DNA from: Pyrinomonadaceae bacterium | GTDB lineage: Bacteria > Acidobacteriota > Blastocatellia > Pyrinomonadales > Pyrinomonadaceae | DNA length: 64,000 nt | Reading direction: 5' to 3' | NCBI GenBank assembly: GCA_046262775.1 | Contig: JBHEMC010000011.1 | Span: 936 to 64,935 of the forward strand | Shown here: positions 28,673 through 36,445 of the stretch, piece after piece | How positions within the stretch are numbered: the stretch's first letter is position 1 | How the letters are laid out: every line of letters begins with the position of its first letter | Made by a program: the position numbers and the translations under genes | Notes under the pieces: model-generated | The model's database searches: none | Told to the model about the DNA's origin: nothing | The model's input: the letters and a program-made list of their open reading frames with translations, nothing else

Positions 28673-29704
28673 TTGATGCGCCTAGCCCTCATTGTCGCTG
28701 TCTGCCTAATTCTACTGCTCAGCCTTGGCAGCTCTTGCCGGCGCACCGGTAATCAACACCGCTTGCTGATCTACACACCGCATGGGCAGGATCTCTTACG
28801 CGATTTCATTGGCCGCTACAAACAAACTTATCCGGATGCCGATGTTCAGTTTCTTGATATGGGATCACGAGAGGTCCTGGAACGCGTGCGGGTCGAACGG
28901 AACCGACCGCAAGCCGACCTTTGGTGGGGTGCGGCTCACACAACTTTTCAAACAGCTGCTGATGAAGGTCTACTGACCTCGTTTCGGCCAAGTTGGTCCG
29001 ACAAAGTGCCGGCGATCGCGCACGACGCCAACGATCGCTGGTACGGCACCTATGAGACACCTCAGGTAATCGTTTACAACAGTCAGGCAGTCAGTGCGGC
29101 CGAGGCTCCGCACGATTGGGATGATGTACTTGATCCGAAATGGCGCGACAAAGTCTTGATTCGCAATCCCAACCCTTCTGACACGATGCGCGCAATTTTC
29201 GGCGCCATTATTTGGAGGTCCTACAAAAATACGGGAGCGCCGGATCAGGGCTACGACTGGTTACGCAAGCTCGACGCGAATGTTCATGAGTACACAGCAG
29301 ACGGCACTCTGTTGATGCAGAAGATCGCTCGTCGCGAAGGGCTCGTGAGTTTGTGGGACATGCCGGACGTGCGTCTCTATCAGGAACAGAAAGGATTTCC
29401 TGTCGCTTATGTTGTGCCGGCTAGTGGAACACCTGTGGTTACCGATGGGATTGCGATTATCCGCGGCGCACCGGATGAGCCAGAGGCTCGACGTTTTTAT
29501 GAATTCGTGACGACGCCCGACTCGTTGGTCTATGCAGCACAAAAGTACTACCGGATTCCGGTGAGAACTGATCTGGATCGCTCGCAACTGCCCGGCTGGA
29601 TGAACGAGTCATTTACGCGAATACCGCTTGACTGGGATTTGCTGCGCAAAAATAGCGATGCCTGGCTTCGCTATTGGGATACTCAAATACGAGGAAGGAA
29701 ATGA
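28673..29704 (+). CDS. ABC transporter periplasmic substrate-binding protein (Fe3+/thiamine-type family 1)
   Basis: 343 aa with a signal peptide MMRLALIVAVCLILLLSLGSSC. The body LLIYTPHGQDLLRDFIGRYKQTYP...ADLWWGAAHTTF resembles FbpA/AfuA/TbpA-type binders. ATPase and fused-permease genes follow. Confidence 0.65.
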   Translation: MMRLALIVAVCLILLLSLGSSCRRTGNQHRLLIYTPHGQDLLRDFIGRYKQTYPDADVQFLDMGSREVLERVRVERNRPQADLWWGAAHTTFQTAADEGLLTSFRPSWSDKVPAIAHDANDRWYGTYETPQVIVYNSQAVSAAEAPHDWDDVLDPKWRDKVLIRNPNPSDTMRAIFGAIIWRSYKNTGAPDQGYDWLRKLDANVHEYTADGTLLMQKIARREGLVSLWDMPDVRLYQEQKGFPVAYVVPASGTPVVTDGIAIIRGAPDEPEARRFYEFVTTPDSLVYAAQKYYRIPVRTDLDRSQLPGWMNESFTRIPLDWDLLRKNSDAWLRYWDTQIRGRK

Positions 29705-29791
29705 TGCGTTTTTGGCGGTCGCTGCTTCTGTTCTTCGGCCCTCGGCACATGTGCCAATCACAGGTGCAAATGTAAAAGTTAATCAAAGAGC

Positions 29792-29815
29792 AAAGACCAA
29801 AAGCCAAAGACCGAA
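29792..29815 (+). repeat. AGACC-type short repeat in 5' leader (AAAGACCAAAAGCCAAAGACCGAA)
   Basis: 17-40 nt upstream of the ATPase ATG (29832). It shares CCAAAGACC followed by ATTTC with the leader at 21814-21840. Confidence 0.5.
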
Positions 29816-29831
29816 TTTCCAAACATCCGTT

Positions 29832-30917
29832 ATGCCTCTACTGTTTTTAAACTCAATATCCAAGACTTTCGGTTCCACCCGTGCTGTAGCCGACGTGTCG
29901 TTGAATGTCGAACATGGGGAGTTCTTCGGTCTCTTAGGTCCCTCCGGATGTGGCAAGACAACAACTCTGCGGATGATCGCAGGCCTTGAGAAAACTGACT
30001 CGGGCACGATAGCGTTCCAGGATATAGATGTAACGAATGTACCCCCCGAGCGGCGTGGCTTCGGCATGGTCTTTCAAAACTATGCCCTCTTCCCACACCT
30101 GAATGTTTTCGAGAATGTAGCTTTTGGACTACGCGCGCGTCATAAAAACAAAACCGAGATCGCCGATAGCGTTGCGAGCGCTTTGGAATTAGTTCAACTG
30201 CCCGGTTATGGTCAACGTAAAGTGGACGAGCTTTCTGGTGGGCAACAACAGCGTGTCGCAATTGCTCGGGCCATAGCGATCGAACCCGCGTTACTGCTGT
30301 TTGATGAGCCACTATCGAATCTCGACGTGGCCCTGCGTGAAGAAACACGAGGCGAGTTGCGCGAACTGGTCACTCGGTTGCACCTGACGGCTGTTTATGT
30401 AACACATGATCAGGAAGAGGCTTTTGCTCTCTGCGACCGCATCAGCGTTATGGTTGGCGGTCGAATCAGTCAAACCGGAACTCCCCAAGAGCTCTATCAA
30501 CAACCTGGCGGACTCGCGGTTGCAAGATTCCTCGGGCGAAACAATATCATCAAGGCGATGCGTTTGAGCCCAAGTAAATCCGAAACAGCTGAATTCAAAA
30601 CTCTCGACGGCGGCCACACTCTCCAATTGCGAGTGAATAGCAATCAACTGGCGCCGCTGAACAATCTTGTGTCGTTGGCCATAAGACCCGAGCACGTGCT
30701 GGTCACGACAGGACGTGCCGCAGTGCTGTCAAATGACAACGAGCTCGAAGGTGAGGTTCGGGAAATCGTTTTTGGAGGTGCGACGTCCACCGTCCGCATA
30801 GACGCTCGAGGACTCCAGCTCGAAGCACTAATGCTTCAACCTGATGGATTAAGCGCGGGCTCCAGATGCGTCGTGGCCCTTCCCGCTGCTCACCTGACAC
30901 TCCTGAATAGCGATTGA
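29832..30917 (+). CDS. ABC transporter ATP-binding protein (FbpC/PotA-like with C-terminal TOBE-like domain)
   Basis: ORF 29628..30917 trimmed to ATG 29832 (MPLLFLNSISKTFG). Walker A is GPSGCGKTT, the signature is LSGGQQQRVAIARA and Walker B is LLLFDEPLS. Confidence 0.85.
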   Translation: MPLLFLNSISKTFGSTRAVADVSLNVEHGEFFGLLGPSGCGKTTTLRMIAGLEKTDSGTIAFQDIDVTNVPPERRGFGMVFQNYALFPHLNVFENVAFGLRARHKNKTEIADSVASALELVQLPGYGQRKVDELSGGQQQRVAIARAIAIEPALLLFDEPLSNLDVALREETRGELRELVTRLHLTAVYVTHDQEEAFALCDRISVMVGGRISQTGTPQELYQQPGGLAVARFLGRNNIIKAMRLSPSKSETAEFKTLDGGHTLQLRVNSNQLAPLNNLVSLAIRPEHVLVTTGRAAVLSNDNELEGEVREIVFGGATSTVRIDARGLQLEALMLQPDGLSAGSRCVVALPAAHLTLLNSD

Positions 30918-30936
30918 CATCAAGCAACAATCTAAA

Positions 30937-32667
30937 GTGCCGTCAGCTTCAGAACCAAATGCGCAATTCGCAATCCGAACTTCGAAATGGCGCCCAGCTC
31001 CGCGTCTTCTTCTGGGTCTAGCGACGGCATTTGTTCTTCTGTACGGAGTGGTCTATCCGAACCTCTCTATTGTCGTCGAATCCGTACATCATGATGGCGT
31101 GTGGTCTCTGCGAAGCTATGCCGACGCGCTCTCACAGCACGTTGTAATAGAAGCGATTGTAAACAGCATTGTGCTGTCACTTGGAAGCGTATTGTTGTGT
31201 GCTCTGGTCGGAATTCCTCTGGCATTTCTCTTTGAGAAGTACGCATTTCCCGGGCGAAGATTGTTTGCTGCGTTCGCAGCGTTGCCGCTCGTGTTGCCAC
31301 CTCTGGTCGGAACGGTCGCGTTTATATTTCTTTGCGGTGAGTCGGGCATTCTTGCTCGTGTGGTGCAGAAGATCCTGGGACTGACAGCGCCACCATGGAC
31401 ATTGCGGGGGTGGGGAGCTTTGCTTGTATTCCACACCTATACGATGTACCCGTTTTTTTACGTTCTCACCGCTGCAGGGCTTCGACGAATTGATGCAGGA
31501 TTGGCCGAAGCAGCCAAAGGACTAGGTGCAAACAAATTTATCGTTCTGCGGCGCGTATTACTGCCGCAACTCACCCCATCACTGATCGCGGCAGCCTTGC
31601 TGACGTTTATGACTTCCATGGCGTCTTTCAGCGCGCCACTGTTATTTGGTGGCGGCGTTAGGGTGTTAACGCTGGAAGTCTTCACCGCCCGACAACGCGG
31701 CGACACCACTATGGCTGTAACAGAGACCGTACTACTCGCAGCCATTTCGCTTGCAGCGCTTCTCTTTTTTCAACGGTATGAAGGCACGCGGCGGTTTGCG
31801 GCAGCGGCCTTCAAAGGCGCGCCCAAACAGTCAACGCTCGCGACCTCCGGTCACGCCCGCGTCTTAGCCACTGTTGCAGCAGTCGTCTTCTCTGTGGCTT
31901 TGGTATTACCCGTCGCGACGCTTCTGTTGGTTAGCTTTGCGTCGGAAGGATCATGGACCACACAAACGCTCCCTGGATCATATACGCTCGCCAACTACAC
32001 GCGCCTCATCAGTGAACCTCAATCCACCGAAGTTGTTATTAACAGTTTTTTGATGTCACTCATCTCTGCACTTGGATCTCTTGTGTGGGCATTTTGCGTC
32101 GTGACTTTGCTGAGTAATGCGCGGGGCGAAAAACACCAAAGCATATTCTTACGGCGACTGGTTTCTCTCCTCATCTTAGTGCCGTGGGCGCTTCCGGGCA
32201 CAGTAGTCGCCGTTGCAGTTGCTGAAACTTACGGAAAACCGAGTTGGCTGATGGGGTCGTTTATTCTGGTCGGTACGTTCTGGATTCTGCCCGTAATTTA
32301 TTTCTTACGGTTTATGCCGCTGGTTGTGCGAGCTTTGCAGGCGAGCTTGGAGCAGCTGGACTCTTCATTATTGGAGGCCGCAGCAAGTTTGGGGGCGCGA
32401 GCTGCGCAGCGCTTTTTTCGCGTGACATTGCCATTAGTATCACCCGGCGCGATTGCTGGAACTCTGCTGGCGTTTGTGATTGCGTTAGGCGAATATGTGG
32501 CTTCAGTGCTCGTGTTTGTGCCGTCCAACCGGCCAATATCGATTGCGATCGCTTCGGAGCTGCGCGACTTTAATCTCGGCACTGCGGCGGCTTACGGCGT
32601 CGTGTTGATCGTTATTATTAGCTTCAGTATGTTGATTGCTAGCAAACTGGAGAAGAACCGCCGCTGA
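30937..32667 (+). CDS. ABC transporter permease, duplicated two-domain type (FbpB/ThiP-like)
   Basis: 576 aa with a GTG start. Two tandem membrane domains each carry an EAA-like loop (AEAAKGLGANKFIVLRRVLLP and EAAASLGARAAQRFFRVTLP). Confidence 0.8.
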   Translation: MPSASEPNAQFAIRTSKWRPAPRLLLGLATAFVLLYGVVYPNLSIVVESVHHDGVWSLRSYADALSQHVVIEAIVNSIVLSLGSVLLCALVGIPLAFLFEKYAFPGRRLFAAFAALPLVLPPLVGTVAFIFLCGESGILARVVQKILGLTAPPWTLRGWGALLVFHTYTMYPFFYVLTAAGLRRIDAGLAEAAKGLGANKFIVLRRVLLPQLTPSLIAAALLTFMTSMASFSAPLLFGGGVRVLTLEVFTARQRGDTTMAVTETVLLAAISLAALLFFQRYEGTRRFAAAAFKGAPKQSTLATSGHARVLATVAAVVFSVALVLPVATLLLVSFASEGSWTTQTLPGSYTLANYTRLISEPQSTEVVINSFLMSLISALGSLVWAFCVVTLLSNARGEKHQSIFLRRLVSLLILVPWALPGTVVAVAVAETYGKPSWLMGSFILVGTFWILPVIYFLRFMPLVVRALQASLEQLDSSLLEAAASLGARAAQRFFRVTLPLVSPGAIAGTLLAFVIALGEYVASVLVFVPSNRPISIAIASELRDFNLGTAAAYGVVLIVIISFSMLIASKLEKNRR

Positions 32668-32740
32668 TAGCTGAGTTGGTATGCGGCTGCTTGCTATAGA
32701 AGACAAACTGGAAGGTTTTCCGCTTACGGAAATAACAACT

Positions 32741-35248
32741 ATGACTCTTATTCGGCGCTACTTATCGGTTGTTCTGACACTTCTCCTGTATCTCTCTTTC
32801 TTACCTTCTCGACCTCTTGCTCAAAATTCGGTCGGAGAAAGCAGCACAACGGAAACAGCAGACAAAGCAGCGCTGCATCAGGCGCTTCTCGATCTGACAA
32901 ATCCATGGACAGTCATGTGTGTTGCCGCGCACCCCGATGACGAAGACGGCAGTACGCTAACCGTATTACGACGAAAGTTTGGTGTTCACACTGTTAGCCT
33001 GTTTTCCACCTATGGCGAAGGCGGTCAGAATGCTATTGGCCCGGAACTCTACGAGCAGTTAGGTGTTATTCGCGCAAGAGAAACCATTGCGGCTGCCGAA
33101 GTGCAGGGTTCAGAACCACACTTCCTCGGCTTCAAGGATTTTGGGTTCTCCAAATCAGCAGAAGAAACATTCCGCGCCTGGGGCGAAAATGAAATCCTAC
33201 GTCGGATGGTCTTTCAGCTCCGGCTACTGCGCCCGGACATCATCATTACTAATCACGACACCACGAGCGGACATGGCCATCATCAAGCGACAGGTCGAAT
33301 GATACTTCAGGCGTTTGCCGCAGCCGCCGACCCAAATGAATTTCCTGAACAGCTTAATCAAGTCACCGTCTGGCAACCGAAGAGACTTTTTGTACGTGTG
33401 TTCAGGCGTCAGGACAACAATTCGCCTTCGACCAATGATGACAAGCTACCTTCAATTACGATTGATCCAAACGAAAAAGATCCGATCCGCGGTACCACAT
33501 ACGCTGAACAAGCTTTGCAGGCGTTACAGAAGCATGCCACCCAGGGTCCATGGCCGAAAACAGTGCCGCCAAATGGGGCCCGCGTTATTCGCTACTCACT
33601 CGTACGTACTGCGTCTTCCGCGCCACCATTACCGGCCAATGCTAAGAGTTTTCTGGACGGTCTCAGCTTTCCGGAAGCAATTGCAACGCATCTTGTCGCT
33701 CCCACCCTCGACAACAAGCCGTTGGTTGATTCTGTCGAAAAGCGGGGTGAAGTTTTGGTATCGCTGATTAACGCGCGTAAGCACGGGGCCTTCGCCGCGC
33801 CCAGGGAAGTTGTTGGGTTGGATCCGCAACGTTTTCGTCTTATGTCAACGAGACTGGATCGTGCCTTAGCGACGGCCGCCGAGCTGTCGCTGTCCCTCAG
33901 AACATCCGAACCTGTTCTGGTACCAGGAATCGAAAGCAAACTGAATGTCACGCTCACGAATGCAGGTGATGCCGAAGTGGCCATTAGAAACATCGCGTTT
34001 CGTGGGTTGGCATTGGACAGGCGAGTAGATTCCGCCGAAAAACTGCTGCCTGCCACTGATACAACCCAGGAAGTCGTAATAGCGACACCTAAGAATGAGA
34101 ACATCACTGTCCCCGCGGCACAACATCTTTATGATGGCCGCCTTTTTGGTGAGCCGCTCGACGTGGAGGCGACGATGGAAATCGCAGGTGCTCCCTTTGT
34201 CATAACCGGCGAACAACGTGTCGACGTTGCACCCGCAGTCGAGATCACGAACAACAATCCATCTCCGTGCGTTGAAACACCGGCGACCGCTCTGTCGTGT
34301 CTGGACGTCTCATTGAACTTGTCGAACAACCTGAGAAGCTCTTTCAAGGGACTTCTTGAACTCAGTACGCCTTTCAAGGGCGGCCGTGCGCATGTGACGC
34401 ATTCTGAAGTGGCGCTCAACCCAGGCGAAACGCGAAAGGTATTGCCGGCGACGGCAAAGATATCGGCCCGAGAAATTACAAATTTCAAAGCAACAAATGA
34501 GCCTATTAAGGTATTGCTAACAACAAACTCGAAAGAACCAGTTGCGGAAGCCACATTTCCAGTTGTGTCGGTCGCGGCAGTTGCTGTCGCCGGTTTGAAC
34601 GTCGGATATCTTCCCAGCAGCGATCCGACGCTGAAAAATTCACTTGCCGCGCTTGGGCTACAAGCAACCGAACTAAGTATTGACAAAATTGCTAAGGATG
34701 ATCTTTCGAGCTTCGACTCGATCGTGATAGACAACCGCGGATATGAAGCGCACCCGGAGTTGATAGCAATCAACGACCGACTCCTTAAGTTTGCTGAGCA
34801 GGGTGGAACGCTGATCGTGTTCTATCACAAAACCAATGAGTGGAATCCCGATCCGAATCGGCAGCGTCCGCAGCTTGCTCCTTATCCAATCATCTTGAGC
34901 GATGATCGCGTTACTGATGAAAACGCGCCGGTCAGATTTCTCCTTCATCGACATCCTTTATTCAATTTCCCGAACCGGATCACGCAGCGCGATTTTGACG
35001 GATGGATCCAGGAGCGCGGGTTGTATTTCCCGAAAGAGTGGGACAGCCATTACGCAGCACTCCTCTCAACGAATGATCCGGGTGAAAAGCCTCTAACTGG
35101 TGGACTCCTGGTGGCGCCCTATGGCCAGGGAAACTACATCTACACCAGCATGGTTTGGTATCGACAGTTGCGCGGCGGGATACCTGGCGGTTATCGCATG
35201 TTTGCCAACATGATCAGCTACGGCCACACGCGAACGCGTAAAGGGTAA
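32741..35248 (+). CDS. PIG-L/LmbE-family deacetylase fused to a large C-terminal region (835 aa)
   Basis: ORF trimmed to ATG 32741, giving the signal peptide MTLIRRYLSVVLTLLLYLSFLPSRPLAQ. LmbE motifs are VMCVAAHPDDEDG and NHDTTSGHGHHQATG. The middle segment NVTLTNAGDAEVAIRNIAF looks Ig/NEW3-like, and the C-terminal DSIVIDNRGYEAHPELIAINDRLLKFAEQGGTLIVFYHK looks GATase1/ThuA-like. Confidence 0.65.
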   Translation: MTLIRRYLSVVLTLLLYLSFLPSRPLAQNSVGESSTTETADKAALHQALLDLTNPWTVMCVAAHPDDEDGSTLTVLRRKFGVHTVSLFSTYGEGGQNAIGPELYEQLGVIRARETIAAAEVQGSEPHFLGFKDFGFSKSAEETFRAWGENEILRRMVFQLRLLRPDIIITNHDTTSGHGHHQATGRMILQAFAAAADPNEFPEQLNQVTVWQPKRLFVRVFRRQDNNSPSTNDDKLPSITIDPNEKDPIRGTTYAEQALQALQKHATQGPWPKTVPPNGARVIRYSLVRTASSAPPLPANAKSFLDGLSFPEAIATHLVAPTLDNKPLVDSVEKRGEVLVSLINARKHGAFAAPREVVGLDPQRFRLMSTRLDRALATAAELSLSLRTSEPVLVPGIESKLNVTLTNAGDAEVAIRNIAFRGLALDRRVDSAEKLLPATDTTQEVVIATPKNENITVPAAQHLYDGRLFGEPLDVEATMEIAGAPFVITGEQRVDVAPAVEITNNNPSPCVETPATALSCLDVSLNLSNNLRSSFKGLLELSTPFKGGRAHVTHSEVALNPGETRKVLPATAKISAREITNFKATNEPIKVLLTTNSKEPVAEATFPVVSVAAVAVAGLNVGYLPSSDPTLKNSLAALGLQATELSIDKIAKDDLSSFDSIVIDNRGYEAHPELIAINDRLLKFAEQGGTLIVFYHKTNEWNPDPNRQRPQLAPYPIILSDDRVTDENAPVRFLLHRHPLFNFPNRITQRDFDGWIQERGLYFPKEWDSHYAALLSTNDPGEKPLTGGLLVAPYGQGNYIYTSMVWYRQLRGGIPGGYRMFANMISYGHTRTRKG

Positions 35249-35280
35249 CGAACCCCGCTGATCGCCGAAGTTGTAGAAAG

Positions 35281-35305
35281 CATCACCGGTTAAATACCGG
35301 TGGTG
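35281..35305 (+). terminator. Hairpin after the PIG-L gene (possible intrinsic terminator)
   Basis: CATCACCGGT-TAAAT-ACCGGTGGTG forms a 10-bp stem with one G-U pair and a 5-nt loop, 33 nt after the stop. Only TT follows, so termination activity is uncertain. Confidence 0.35.
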
Positions 35306-35555
35306 TTACGTTGAGAACACCCAACTTTATGTCGGTTGAACCTTCGGTTTGGAACTTCTACAGATGGATTGAACTTTCCGACCTTCGGTTACACATCGCC
35401 GCATTTCAGTTCTCTGCAGATACATTAGGGCTGGTATTTGACTAGAAACCAGCGTGTCTTCATGTTCAAATTTGGTAGTGCAATGAGTGGGATTTTCGTT
35501 ATGTGGACAAAGCTGGCGCGGAGGGTGAATTTTATGGGGGGTTCTGTTCGCCTCG

Positions 35556-36080
35556 TTAGATTGCGGAATCGAGGACTGCATCCTGATCTGAGAGATCTTC
35601 ACCCTCGAGTTTGACCCGGGCTCTTTCCAAAAACGTCTTAATCATTTCACGCACACGCTTCTGCATTTCAGCACTGATCGCTCCCTCGCCTAGTAGCACC
35701 GCGAATCGGTGCAAATCCCTGGCGTGCTGGCGGCGCAATTCGACATGCTGCGCGATGCGGATTAAAACCTTGTGGCCACGATCCTCAAACGCTGCCGCGT
35801 AGCGAAGATAGTTTTTTCCTTCCGAACGCGCCGGCGACCATTCGAGTCGTTCCGGACTGTCTTCAGTTTTCTCAACTGCGAAGCTCGCATGAACCGGTCC
35901 GATAACCGGAACTTCCGCACGTACCACCCAGCGCATAATGCCACCTGCTTCATTCCTGATGGCTTCAATGCCTGGCATGAGATCGGCAAAATTGCGGAGC
36001 TCGCCAAAAAACTCGCGCGCCCGCTCAAGAGTGGTGCGCAATTCCATTTGGTCTGCGTAAGATGCCTTGATTCGAAACAT
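35556..36080 (-). CDS. SRPBCC/START-like fold protein (tentative)
   Basis: 174 aa. The size and alternating pattern (FFGELRNFADLMPGIEAIRNEAGGIMRWVV..) are reminiscent of polyketide-cyclase/CoxG-type SRPBCC proteins. No diagnostic motif was found. Confidence 0.35.
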   Translation of the reverse strand: MFRIKASYADQMELRTTLERAREFFGELRNFADLMPGIEAIRNEAGGIMRWVVRAEVPVIGPVHASFAVEKTEDSPERLEWSPARSEGKNYLRYAAAFEDRGHKVLIRIAQHVELRRQHARDLHRFAVLLGEGAISAEMQKRVREMIKTFLERARVKLEGEDLSDQDAVLDSAI

Positions 36081-36127
36081 TTAATCTCCGTGGGGTAAAG
36101 CTTTCCAGAACATTTGATGCAGCACGA

Positions 36128-36143
36128 CGACAACTTGTTGTCG
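36128..36143. promoter_or_regulatory. Inverted repeat CGACAAC-TT-GTTGTCG between divergent genes
   Basis: 7-bp arms with a 2-nt spacer, read directly. It lies between the SRPBCC-like gene (start 36080, minus) and the zinc-ribbon ORF (start 36220, plus). Confidence 0.3.
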
Positions 36144-36219
36144 CGAACGTCCACTGCTAACTTACACGAGGAAATCTCTCCAGTAAATAACTAAGTTTAG
36201 TGTGCAACGAATATTTAAG

Positions 36220-36414
36220 ATGAACTACCAGGACAGGTGCCCGCGTTGTGAGGCTCCGCGGCTGAAATCATGGGCCGATTTGACTGATGAAGAGAAAGCA
36301 GTGGTGCGCCGTCTGCCAGGGTCACGCGAATACCCGGCAAACGAAAGAGAGACCAGTCACCGGTGGTGTACGAGATGCTGGTTCGAAGAGACGACGAAAC
36401 CACGGCATGCCTAG
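36220..36414 (+). CDS. Small four-cysteine zinc-ribbon protein
   Basis: 64 aa from ATG 36220. It has CPRC near the N-terminus and CTRC near the C-terminus (MNYQDRCPRCEAP...HRWCTRCWFEE). I recognised no family. Confidence 0.4.
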   Translation: MNYQDRCPRCEAPRLKSWADLTDEEKAVVRRLPGSREYPANERETSHRWCTRCWFEETTKPRHA

Positions 36415-36445
36415 GTCAATGATCGGACAAGCGAAATGCGGGCTT

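Noticed and set aside
29628-29831. N-terminal extensions offered by the ORF track: ABC ATPase 29628-29831, TolC 2419-2538, DinB 516-719, thiE 53706-53840, PIG-L 32681-32740, YqjD-like 7987-8037.
   Set aside because: The extensions overlap upstream genes or intergenic leaders and lack family-conserved sequence. Internal starts restore canonical N-termini or signal peptides, often with a Shine-Dalgarno-like sequence.
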